64,000 nucleotides of DNA from an uncultured bacterium. Lineage in GTDB: Bacteria; Babelota; Babeliae; Babelales; Vermiphilaceae. The translations under genes were made by a program, and so were the position numbers. This document shows, in pieces, positions 51,947 to 61,504 of the stretch (its first letter is position 1; each line of letters begins with the position of its first letter). The stretch spans positions 320,001 to 384,000 of the forward strand of contig CAVSFC010000002.1 in NCBI GenBank assembly GCA_963727255.1, read 5' to 3'. Below the pieces are notes generated by a model. That model saw only the letters and a program-made list of their open reading frames with translations, ran no database searches and was not told where the DNA came from.

Positions 51947-53347
51947 TTATTTCCCGATGCAAAATGTTCTGAAGATCATATCCATGCTTGCTTCACTAAT
52001 CTCTTTCCCGGAAAGTTCTGCTAAATGAGCAATTGCATCATTTAAATGTATGGCAAGCAATTCATATGCAATTGCTTTTCCCTCAAGCATTAGTTTAATG
52101 ATAATGGCTTTTTTCTCGAATGCAAGCAATAAATTGTGCTGCCTTTGATTGAGTAAAAATGGGGATTCGATTGCATCAAAAAGATTTTTAATTTTTTGTT
52201 CGATGAGCATTTCGAGTGTATCGATATTTATTTTAGTTTTGCTTGAGACAGCAATATGAGCATCCTTCGATACGCCCATTGCATGGGCAATGCGTGATGA
52301 GGATCTTTCTATTTCATCGCATTTTGTATATACCGCAATAATTTTTTTTGCATGATCTGAAAGTAATTGCGCATACACTTTTTCTTCTACAGCAGTTAAA
52401 GGTCGGGTTGCATCAAAAGTAAGTAGAATAATATCTGCCAAGTGAGCTTCCTTGAATGAGCGGGCGATTCCTTCTTGTTCAATGATATCATCAGTTTCGC
52501 GCAAGCCTGCAGTATCTACTAGTGTCCAGAAATTGCCATTTTTATAAAGCCCTGCTTCGATGCTATCGCGCGTGGTGCCGGCAATTGCCGTTACAATTGC
52601 GCGCTGTTGATTGAGCAACGCATTAAAGAGTGATGATTTTCCTGCGTTAACACTTCCAATGATTGCAATGCGAATTCCTTGGCGAATGTGTTGCTGCTGA
52701 TTAAATGTTTTTTTGATGCTATCAATTGTAGCGAGTGTCGCGGTGATTATGGCATTAATTTGATCGCCAAATTCCATCTCTTCATCTAGAAATTCAAAGC
52801 TTGCCTGGCATAATGCCAAGGCGTTAAGCAACTCTTTTTCCAGATGAGCGATCCACTGCAGAAAAACTCCCTGATAATTGGCAAAGGGATTGCTTTAATG
52901 CCATTTGGGTTTGGGCATGAATGAGTTCATTAATCGCTTCTGCTTGTATAATATCAATTTTGCCATGAAGAACGGCGCGTTTGGTGAATTCCCCTTCTTG
53001 CGCGAGGCGGGCACCATGGGCGATGGCCAGAACAATAATCTGTTCAATAATAAATTGATTATTATGGCAGGTAATTTCTACCGTATCTTGGCCGGTAAAG
53101 GTGTGAGGTGTGCGCATGAGCAAAAACATAACCTGATCAACCAGAGCGCCATCCGGCTCAACGATGCTGCCATAATGAATGGTATGGCTTGGCTGATCAA
53201 TAAGGGATTTATTGCCCGAGTAATTTGGCAATTTTACTCAGCAATCTCTATGGCATTAATGCCAGAAATGCGGAGTAAGGCGATCGCCCCGCTTCCGCGG
53301 GGCGTGCATTGTGCAATAATAGTTTGATCATCAATTGAGTGAAACAT
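51947..53347 (-). CDS. mnmE: tRNA modification GTPase MnmE (frameshifted)
   Basis: TIIAQCTPRGSGAI, PHTFTGQDTVEITCH, GEFTKRA, GSVNAGKSSL, AGTTRD, DTAGLR, C-terminal FCIGK. Confidence 0.96.
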
Positions 53348-53370
53348 GAACCGCCATCAAAAAAACCTTT

Positions 53371-53407
53371 CATCCTGAGGAGTACCGTTAGGTACGTCTC
53401 GAAGGAT
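53371..53407 (+). repeat. Family A palindromic repeat overlapping the jag stop codon
   Basis: CATCCTGAGGAGTACCGTTAGGTACGTCTCGAAGGAT. Confidence 0.8.
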
Positions 53408-54160
53408 TGCTTTCCAAAATAATACGTAAGCTACGCAATGGTTGATTTGCTTTTTCTCGTACTGCTTCCATAGCTAAACTGCCCCAGCTTTTAAGTTGGG
53501 TTTCTTCTTGTTTATAATCGTCCATAACTTGCTGATCTAAATATAGTTTCAAGTAATTATGAGAAACTTGGGGAGTAACTTTAATATCCGGTTTCCCCAT
53601 TAACACCAATGTTTCTTTTACCCAATCATGTGCCGCTTCTACCATTTCTGGTGACCAAGTTTCTCGCTCATGAGTTCTTGGTTCGTGGCGACGTTGCTCA
53701 TCAGACCCTTGGCCTTCTGAGCGATATGGCTGGCGTTGCCCTTGTTGGCGGCGTTGATCTGGCCTGCCAGCTTGACGACCTTCATGAGAGCGTTCCGATC
53801 GCTGCTGATCTCTTTGTTGATCACGTTGAGGCTGCAAGGTCTACGCTGCGGATGTTGGCTGCGTTCTGGTTGCTCCTTTGAGGTCTCCTGGCGCAGGTTG
53901 GATTCTCTTTGCTCTCTGCGCTCTTGGGGTTGCCGTGGAGCTAAAGGACGCACCTGCTTTTGCGGTTGCTCCTTAGCTTTAACTGTCAACTCATTAAAAA
54001 TCAATGCAATTTTTGCTGATTTTGCAGTTTTGAGTCCAAAAAAACTAGTTTTTGGAAGTTCAAGAATTTTTACTGTGAATTCTTGCGGTTGACCGGCACG
54101 ATTCCAGGCATTTTCAATTGCTTTGGTAATCGTTGAAGCTTCTTCCATTATTGATTTCAT
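53388..54160 (-). CDS. jag: Jag/KhpB (EloR)-like protein, Jag_N plus degenerate KH, no R3H (one frameshift)
   Basis: EEASTITKAIENA...VKILELPKTSFFGL...AKI Jag_N motif; location upstream of mnmE. Confidence 0.75.
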
Positions 54161-54315
54161 TCGTTAGAACCTTTTGGTTTTTTGGTTGTATGTTGATGCG
54201 GCTTATTTGTGGATGGTGTTTGGCCAATTTTGCACGTTTAAACGGGCTTTTTTATTTGACCTTATCATGTTTTTTCATGGTTGCCAATGGATTAGGGCTT
54301 GAATTAATTGAAGTG

Positions 54316-54543
54316 GTCCAGCCTTCGCTTATTCCGTCGTCGTTCCGTCTTCGCTTTCAGCTTCGCCGGACACCGCGCTTTAAGCTGAATCTATATTGAT
54401 CCCTCTTAGTTCACGCTGAAATATTTAAAAATGAATTTCATTTAAAAAACTGGCCGCGCCAGGCCCTTCGACTCGCAATGCTTGCTCAGGATAAACTCCG
54501 CTTGGGCGACCGAGTCAGCCATAGCCTTGGCGACGGGCAAGCC
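54316..54543. repeat. Cluster of family A/B palindromic repeats downstream of tRNA-Gly
   Basis: GTCCAGCCTTCGC...CTTCGCCGGAC (54316-54371); CCCTTCGACTCGCAATGCTTGCTCAGGATAAAC (from 54464); GCCATAGCCTTGGCGACGGG. Confidence 0.65.
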
Positions 54544-54619
54544 TGGAGCGGGAAACGGGACTCGAACCCGCGACCTTTGCCTTGGCAAGGCAACGCTCTA
54601 CCAATTGAGCTATTCCCGC
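54544..54619 (-). tRNA. tRNA-Gly (GCC)
   Basis: GCGGGAATAGCTCAATTGGTAGAGCGTTGCCTTGCCAAGGCAAAGGTCGCGGGTTCGAGTCCCGTTTCCCGCTCCA, 76 nt, encoded CCA. Confidence 0.98.
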
Positions 54620-54641
54620 GTATATTTCATAACATGAAGCA

Positions 54642-54669
54642 AATGTATCATGAGATGGGCTTTTGTCAA
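54642..54669 (-). promoter_or_regulatory. Sigma70-type promoter of tRNA-Gly
   Basis: TTGACA-16 nt-TACATT with TGn extension, about 20 nt upstream of the tRNA. Confidence 0.6.
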
Positions 54670-54769
54670 GCAGATGGGCTTTATCTCAGGTGTGAAATCC
54701 TAGTTTTTTACTTCAATTTCTTGTAGGGTGATCAGGAAGAGTTAAAACCATAAAATAGTGAATAAAATT

Positions 54770-55366
54770 ATGATTAATAGTATTTCCGGTGTTGTTAAAG
54801 AAGTAAATGAAAATCAACTCACCATAGAAGTGAATGGAATCGGATATGGGCTTCAAGTGCCCCAATCATTATTTAGCGTTGGGCAAAAGGTAGATCTTTT
54901 AGTGCAGATGCACTGGAATCAAGAAAACGGGCCTTCGCTATTTGGTTTTGCCACTCTGCTCGAAAAAAATGTTTTTCTTATGATTACCAGCTGCTCAGGG
55001 CTTGGACCAAAACTGGCGATGGCGGTGCTCGCGCAATTGGGAGCGGCAGAATTTTTAGAAGCAGTGCAAGCCGGCAATGAGGATGCGCTCAGCGATGTGA
55101 GCGGCATTGGCGCAAAAAAGGCGGAGCAAATTATTGTGCAACTCAAGCATAAGGTGGCAAAACTTTTAGAGAGCGGCATTCATATTGGCGCATCTGCAAC
55201 ATTGGAAAAGCGGCATGAGATTTCGCAAGTGCTCAAATCGCTCAATTATTCACGCCAAGAAATAAATGCGGCAATGAATTATCTGAATGATAATTATCCC
55301 GGAACCCAAGTCGCCTTTGATCAGCTGGTGCGCCATGCATTGGCATTTTTAGCTAAGCGAGCTTAG
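54770..55366 (+). CDS. ruvA: Holliday junction branch migration protein RuvA
   Basis: MINSISG, IEVNGIGY, SLFGF, SGLGPKLA, VSGIGAKKAEQIIVQLK. Confidence 0.93.
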   Translation: MINSISGVVKEVNENQLTIEVNGIGYGLQVPQSLFSVGQKVDLLVQMHWNQENGPSLFGFATLLEKNVFLMITSCSGLGPKLAMAVLAQLGAAEFLEAVQAGNEDALSDVSGIGAKKAEQIIVQLKHKVAKLLESGIHIGASATLEKRHEISQVLKSLNYSRQEINAAMNYLNDNYPGTQVAFDQLVRHALAFLAKRA

Positions 55367-55875
55367 TGGGCTTGTTCAATCTGGTTTTTTAGCCGATTTA
55401 CTAATTGAGTGGACATGCCCTTCAACTCTGCGCGTTGTGAGCGCAAGGAGCTGATTTCTGTTTCTAGTTCTTGAATTCTTTTCTTTTTCTCATGATCATC
55501 AAGTGTTTCAAGTTTCTCGAGACCCGCCTTTTCATTTTGTAATGCGTTTATATTTTCATTAAGATATGGGTAAATTTTTTCTTGGTACATTGCTTGAAAA
55601 CTTTGAACCCTGCCGAGCGCAATAACAAAATTTTCTTGCTCTTCATGGCGCTTTTCTGAATCAGTCTTTGGTCTAGTGTCCTGCAATACAGGCTTTAGAT
55701 AATTTAAAACTACGTTGCTGGCTATCATGGTACCAGCACTGACATAAATTTGTAACGCGACTGGGGAGGTTAGCCAGTCTTTAATTGCTGTCAATTCGGA
55801 TTCGGTAAGTGCCTGACTTTGAAAATTGAGCGAAAAAGCTGGAATCATAAAATAAAACATAATAATTTTTTTCAT
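55363..55875 (-). CDS. Secreted or membrane coiled-coil hypothetical protein
   Basis: Signal-like N-terminus; heptad-rich C-terminus. Confidence 0.65.
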   Translation of the reverse strand: MKKIIMFYFMIPAFSLNFQSQALTESELTAIKDWLTSPVALQIYVSAGTMIASNVVLNYLKPVLQDTRPKTDSEKRHEEQENFVIALGRVQSFQAMYQEKIYPYLNENINALQNEKAGLEKLETLDDHEKKKRIQELETEISSLRSQRAELKGMSTQLVNRLKNQIEQAH

Positions 55876-56753
55876 AGGACCTCATATGATGATTTTAATA
55901 GTGCAATGAAATGTGTAAGCTCTTGGTTAATTCCGGATCTTTTCTTTTTTAGTTCTTCAGGATTTTGTTTTTCAAGGGTTTGTTCATATTGAAGATCGTC
56001 ATGCTTTTCTATAAATCGCTTGAACGCTTGTTCTATAGGAGCATGTTGTTCAAGGATTTTGTTGATTCTTGGTTCCTTCATTTCTTGATCGCTTTGATCC
56101 TCAATGCCACAAAGAATTAGAAAACATTCACCTGAATGTTTTCCGATTTCATCCGCAATGTTTTTTGTAACTTTTGAAAATATACTCATACCTACTAAAG
56201 TCATTTTTTCTGAAAAGCTGGAAGAGTCTTTAAAGGGAGTTGGTGTGCGTTTTGCTAAATCGTGAAGTTGCAGGATTCGTTTCTTGAACAAGGCTTTATT
56301 TAAAACTTCATCTATTGTTTGAGACTTTTGCATTTTAACAATCTTAAGTGGGGCAAGCGTTTCTTTCCCATCTTGATTGGATGCCTCTAATAAATTGATG
56401 ATAAATCGCACCTCATCTCGACCTTCCTCAAGTGTGATGCGTCTATGTTCAAATTCTAGCGACGTATTTGCATCCGCAAAAAGCTTTTTAAAGGCTTCAG
56501 TTTGAAGAAAATCCGCATTAATTGGGTTTTTATATAGGAAGACATTTCTGCATTGCTCTGCGTAGCTATCTCCTCCATAAATATCACGATCTATTGGGTT
56601 TGATGCAACTGAGTCGGGCGATTCAGTATTGGATTTTTCTTCCTTTGCGCGCATTAGAGTAGAGCCATAGTTGCTTTTTATAAGAAGATTGGGTTTCTCC
56701 ATCATATATGAAGTTTTAAATAAAAAAAATAGACTTAGAATGTAAAATCGCAT
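55872..56753 (-). CDS. Secreted hypothetical protein
   Basis: MRFYILSLFFLFKTSYM-ME; 293-aa ORF coupled to ybeY. Confidence 0.7.
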   Translation of the reverse strand: MRFYILSLFFLFKTSYMMEKPNLLIKSNYGSTLMRAKEEKSNTESPDSVASNPIDRDIYGGDSYAEQCRNVFLYKNPINADFLQTEAFKKLFADANTSLEFEHRRITLEEGRDEVRFIINLLEASNQDGKETLAPLKIVKMQKSQTIDEVLNKALFKKRILQLHDLAKRTPTPFKDSSSFSEKMTLVGMSIFSKVTKNIADEIGKHSGECFLILCGIEDQSDQEMKEPRINKILEQHAPIEQAFKRFIEKHDDLQYEQTLEKQNPEELKKKRSGINQELTHFIALLKSSYEVL

Positions 56754-56762
56754 ATTTTTCCT

Positions 56763-57215
56763 TTATAATTCTAATTTTTTCAACAATTGTACTTCTTTTT
56801 TATGCATGATTTTATAATCTTCATCTTTAATATGATCATAACCAAGCAAATGGCAAATGCCATGCACCAGCAGACGTTGCATATGTTTTTCAAATGTGGT
56901 ATTCCATTTGGGCAGATCATGCATCACATATTCTGGTGCGATAATAAGATCGCCCAAATTTTTATCCTCTTCAGATTTTACTTTAATGCGATTGCCCGCT
57001 TTTAATTGCGTGTGATAAGGAAATGAGAGAATATCGGTGGGTTTATCTTTATGCCGATATTCTTTATTATATGTTTGAATCGTTTTATTGCTGGTGAGCC
57101 AGATTCCCAGATCAAAATCGCTATAATCAAGCGCATCAAGAATTGTTTGCGCATCGCGCTTAAGGTGCGCGGTATCAATTTTAATTTTGCGTTGGGTATT
57201 ACGAATAGTGATCAT
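56763..57215 (-). CDS. ybeY: Endoribonuclease YbeY
   Basis: NKEYRHKDKPTDILSF, LGDLII, LVHGICHLLGYDH. Confidence 0.95.
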   Translation of the reverse strand: MITIRNTQRKIKIDTAHLKRDAQTILDALDYSDFDLGIWLTSNKTIQTYNKEYRHKDKPTDILSFPYHTQLKAGNRIKVKSEEDKNLGDLIIAPEYVMHDLPKWNTTFEKHMQRLLVHGICHLLGYDHIKDEDYKIMHKKEVQLLKKLEL

Positions 57216-57217
57216 AT

Positions 57218-59833
57218 TTATCCTATATTCACCGTTGCACTCCATGTGTCGCCCGATTGTTCGATCATAGATTTTGTTTTCTCTGGCTTGAAATGCAATT
57301 TTTCTGCATGGGTGATGCCGCGAATTAATTGGGTATGGCTTCAACTTTATGCAACAAATGTTCATCAGTAGCTGTAATGGTGAGTGCAGTTAAGGGTACC
57401 TTTAATGAAAGTTGTTTTTCAGTTTTAAGTTTACGCACTTGAGTAATCAATTCAATGATCACTTCCATTATCTTTGCGCTTTCTTCAAAGATATAGCCTT
57501 GTTGGATATCTTTATAGCGTGTTTGATGGAGGCTTTCATGTTTTTTAGCATGATCGGAAGAGAATTGCTTTTGATAAATAATATCAAAGATTTTTCGGTA
57601 ATATGCGGCAAATATGGCGCATACATTTGCAAGATGCGCAATCCAACGTGATAGAGCGTCCAACGCGTTGCCTTGAGTTCAACTTCTGTATAATTTTCAG
57701 GCTTAAATAGTTGATCTTTGATGAGTTCTAAATAATTATCGCAGAAATTATGCCAGAAGAATTTTTCGACCACATCAAGTGCAAGGCCAAATTCATTTTC
57801 ATTAAAATATGATTATAACGTGTAAATGTTTCGGTTGCGGTATGCAGGAACCATTCATTGGTGATGCATAAAGGGGTCTTTGGCTGCTCTTGCGGGATAA
57901 CACTAATATGTTCATGAATAAATCTAAATGCGTTCCAAATTTTGGTTACTAATCGCTGGCCAATTTTTAATTGACCTTCAGAGAATGCAATATCATGCCC
58001 TAAGCCGCCTGATGCGGTCCAATATCTAATAACATCGGCCGGATAGCGCTCAAGCAATCCTTGCGGAGAAGTGGCAGCATTTTCTTTTGATTTGGATAAT
58101 TTTTCTTTACTATCAGCAAGCACATGGCCCGAAATTACAATATTGTGCCATGGTAAATCATGATTATGCATCCATGCTTTCACAATGGTATAAAATGCCC
58201 AGGTGCGAATGATATCATGCGCTTGCGGGCGCATGCTCATGGGAAAGAATGATTCTGCTTCGCTCGAATGGTTCATGGTTCGAGACGAATGCTGCGCATT
58301 CTCCTCACCATGAGCGGATGATTTGGCCTCGTTCTTATTTTCCGCTCGTCCTGAGGAGCACGAAGTGCGTCTCGAAGGATCAAAGACGGACGCGGCTTTG
58401 GGGTTAAATAATTGATAGCAAATATATGGGGTCAATGATGAGGTGTTCCAGGTATCCATAACATCAGTATCCGGAACAATTTCTGAGCTTCCGCACTTTG
58501 GGCATTTGCCAGTATAAGGAGTTTCTTGCGGGTCAACCGGAAGCTGATCAATTGTTGCCGGAATAATTTCATCGCAAGCTTTGCAATGCCAAACAGGAAA
58601 AGGAATGCCATAAAAGCGTTGGCGAGAGAGGCACCAATCCCAACCGATATTTTCAACCCAATTTACATAGCGAGATTTCATATGGCTGGATACCAATTAA
58701 TCCGATCGGCTAGTTCAATAAATGTTTTCTTATGATCTTTAAGATTCAAGAACCATTGTGGCAACATAAGAATTTCGATCTCTTTTTTGCATCGCTCATG
58801 GACATTTACCGTATGCATGATCGGCTTTTTATCAATGATATATCCGCCCGCTTGCAATGCCTCAACAATTTTTGCGCGCCCCTGAGCAACGGTGAGACCA
58901 TTAAGATCGATTTCAGGAGAATGGCGAGATCATGCGCCCATCGCGGCCGATTGCCTCAATATAAAGAGAGAAGAGTGGTTTGTATTTTTTATACCATTCA
59001 ACGTCGGTCTTATCACCAAAGGTGCAGCACATTACCAGCCCGGTTCCCTTTTCAGGATTTACTTTTTCATCGGCCAAGATAGGAACGGGCATATTGAAGA
59101 TTGGTGTGTACGCAAATTTTTTTTCTAAATGTTGATAGCGGCTATCATTTGGATTATAAAAAACTGCAATGCAAGCCCCTAAAAGCTCAGGGCGAGTGGT
59201 TGCAATGGCGATTTTTTTTGTTTCGGGGTCATCTACCTTAAACTCGATTGTATAAAAGACTGATGGCTTTTCCGCATCATCAAGCTCTGCTTGAGCGACT
59301 GAGGTTCGACAGGTGGTGCAATAGAGCGCCGGCTCATTTTTGCGATAAACAAACCCTTTTTCTAATAATCGTAAAAAGGATTCTTGTGAAATTTTTCGAG
59401 TGGAAGTAGAGATAGTGGAGTAGCAGTGAGCCCAATCAACTGAAAGCCCCATGCGTTGCCAGAGTCGCTGGAATTGCTCTTCGGCCGCATGCGTCTCTTT
59501 TAAACAAACATCGATGAATTCGGATCGGGACATTGCATGAGCGCGAATATCTAATTTTTTTTCAACATAGCGTTCGGTTGGCAATCCATTATCATCAAAC
59601 CCAAACGGATAAAAGACGCTATAGCCGCTCATGCGGGCATAGCGCGCAAGAATATCAGTTTGCGTATAGGAGAAGATATGGCCGATGTGCAAATTTCCCG
59701 AGATGGTGGGAGGTGGGGTATCGATGCTAAAAATTGGGCCGGGATTATTGGCCATACTATAGGTTTTTTCTCTGTGCCATTTATGCTGGGCTTCTTGCTC
59801 AGCGGTTTGATGATTATATTGTTTATCCATCAC
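57218..59833 (-). CDS. valS: Valyl-tRNA synthetase, archaeal/type-2 (frameshifted, with in-frame repeat insertion)
   Basis: IDTPPPTISGNLHIGH, GFDDNGLPTE, ATTRPELL, GTGLVMCCTFGD, WDWCLSRQR, RPQAHDIIRTW, KLSKS. Confidence 0.95.
58261..58381. repeat. Head-to-head pair of family A repeats inserted in frame in valS
   Basis: TCCGCTCGTCCTGAGGAGCACGAAGTGCGTCTCGAAGGAT (58341-58380) and reverse copy TCCGCTCATGGTGAGGAGAATGCGCAGCATTCGTCTCGAACCAT (58275-58318). Confidence 0.85.
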
Positions 59834-59892
59834 TGATCCAAAATCATAGTTTGTAATCTTTTAGTTACTATAGTTATTATTGGGGGAATTGT

Positions 59893-59998
59893 TAAGAAAA
59901 GATGCCAAAAAGGCATAAGGATATAGTTATCACGTGCAGCCACGCACTACTGAAGTGCGAATAGAGTGAGGCAGGAGAGTGTTTTTTTCTAAATTCAT
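59893..59998 (-). promoter_or_regulatory. Candidate leader-peptide attenuator upstream of valS
   Basis: 22-aa uORF 59998-59930 (MNLEKNTLLPHSIRTSVVRGCT) with AGGA RBS; hairpins over the Val-Val codons; ATGCC/GGCAT hairpin plus U-rich tail. Confidence 0.4.
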
Positions 59999-60073
59999 AA
60001 TTTTGTCCTATAATCCTATTTTTTAGAATAGCATAAAATAATAAAGCTATGCAAATATTTGCCCACTAGAAAT

Positions 60074-60102
60074 TTGACCCTCTGCAGCATTTATTTTACA
60101 CT
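60074..60102 (+). promoter_or_regulatory. Sigma70-type promoter
   Basis: TTGACC-17 nt-TACACT upstream of the 60142 ORF. Confidence 0.55.
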
Positions 60103-60141
60103 GATGATGGTTCGATATAGCGCCATAAGGCGGCACTCACC

Positions 60142-60846
60142 ATGAACGGAGATCCGGAGATTTTTATGCTCAATGTTCAAATTGCAGAGACTATTAGTGG
60201 TCTTATTGCATTGCTAATTGCCTATGCCTTTTCAGTAACGGTTGCCGGATGGTTTGCCGCGTGGACTGCTTTGCGAATGGGGGATGATACGCCTGAGCAA
60301 GAAGGCTTTCTTACGCTTAATCCAATGGCGCACATCGATTTTCTGGGCACTTTTTTTCTTTTGCTGTATAGATTTGGATGGGGAAAATTTATTCCCATGA
60401 ATCCATTTAATATGCATGGCCGATTCAGAGTCATAAAGATTCTAGTTGCTTTTTTATCCAAGACATTTGCTCATTGTGTTTTAGGAATTTTTGCATTGAT
60501 TTTACTTATTTTGATTTTTGGGGATAAAATTCTGAGTAATGTGGTGCCGCTTGCGGTAGCCTATCCTCTTGCTTCATCATACACCCTCTCGGTTGGCCTT
60601 ATTTTAATGTCGCTTCTTTTTATAAATGTGATTCTCGCGGTTATAACCTGTATTGCAAATATCTGTGGATTGGCCGTGATGATCTGGGTTGAAAAACATC
60701 CGGAGTATTTGGGATATACCAGTCTTATTATGCTCGTGATTCAAGTGTTGCTGTTTTATATATTTGGCGGCATTTTATTTATGTTGATCCTTTCCCTGAT
60801 TAAAAAGGCGTGTTATTTGATAGCATCATTGTTACACCTGTTTTAA
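60142..60846 (+). CDS. Site-2 protease (M50, YwhC-like) homolog lacking catalytic motifs
   Basis: GDDTP...GFLTLNPMAHID.LG and FGWGK.IP.NP signature; HExxH replaced by AGWFA. Confidence 0.75.
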   Translation: MNGDPEIFMLNVQIAETISGLIALLIAYAFSVTVAGWFAAWTALRMGDDTPEQEGFLTLNPMAHIDFLGTFFLLLYRFGWGKFIPMNPFNMHGRFRVIKILVAFLSKTFAHCVLGIFALILLILIFGDKILSNVVPLAVAYPLASSYTLSVGLILMSLLFINVILAVITCIANICGLAVMIWVEKHPEYLGYTSLIMLVIQVLLFYIFGGILFMLILSLIKKACYLIASLLHLF

Positions 60847-60860
60847 AAAAAAGGTTTTTT

Positions 60861-61496
60861 ATGAAAAAGTCACTATCCATACTCTTTTTACTCATGCATT
60901 CTTGCAGTTTTTCTATGGAAGTAGATCCAAGAACATTGGGTGAAACAGAGCTTGAAGATCGAATTATTGCATCAATGCTTGATTCCTATATGCAAGGAGA
61001 AATGATCCTCTATAAAAAACGAGCTGGGTTTTCTGATTATAATGATCCTAATTCGATATATTTTTTTCCGCTAGAAACTATTAGTTCTGCTATGAGTCAA
61101 ATTCATGAGATGATCCAAGCGGGAATTTCTGAAGATGAAGCTGCAATAGCAAAATTATCGCTCAATAAATTATATAATGATGCATTCAACTTTAGTGAAG
61201 AAGATGCTAAAAACGTCCAGCTTGTAAAATTTGTTAATTTTTTAAGAGGCGGGGATCTTCCAAATGGAATTGATATAGTTGAAAAAAATCTGATTATGGC
61301 TAATAGGGCCAACTATTTTTATGCGTGGGCAGAAAAACAAGTTGATGTAATAGAAAAAGCTAAACATAATTTGTTCCATGCGCCCGAAAAGCCATATGAA
61401 TTATTAAAAGAGCAAATTACAAAATCGCAACAAAATGAGATGCACAGAAGAATAAAACATGGTTTGGCAAAGTTCGCTCTATCAGAGCAGCCTTAG
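60861..61496 (+). CDS. Secreted hypothetical protein
   Basis: Likely start MKKSLSILFLLMHSCSFS-ME. Confidence 0.7.
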   Translation: MKKSLSILFLLMHSCSFSMEVDPRTLGETELEDRIIASMLDSYMQGEMILYKKRAGFSDYNDPNSIYFFPLETISSAMSQIHEMIQAGISEDEAAIAKLSLNKLYNDAFNFSEEDAKNVQLVKFVNFLRGGDLPNGIDIVEKNLIMANRANYFYAWAEKQVDVIEKAKHNLFHAPEKPYELLKEQITKSQQNEMHRRIKHGLAKFALSEQP

Positions 61497-61504
61497 GAGG
61501 CTTA

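Noticed and set aside
54160..54619. tRNA-Gly as an integration site of a prophage or island
   Set aside because: No integrase and no duplicated tRNA 3' end seen in the window; the flanks are jag-mnmE and ruvA.
54478..54726. 82-aa plus-strand ORF
   Set aside because: It is the antisense of tRNA-Gly plus flanking repeats.
1194..59833. Split essential genes (aspS, infB, nusA, gatB, rne/rng, mnmE, valS, deaD, nfo) as pseudogenes or programmed frameshifts
   Set aside because: Indels cluster in blocks, often at homopolymers, and hit indispensable genes whose motifs are otherwise intact. This fits long-read consensus error; read-level polishing would confirm.
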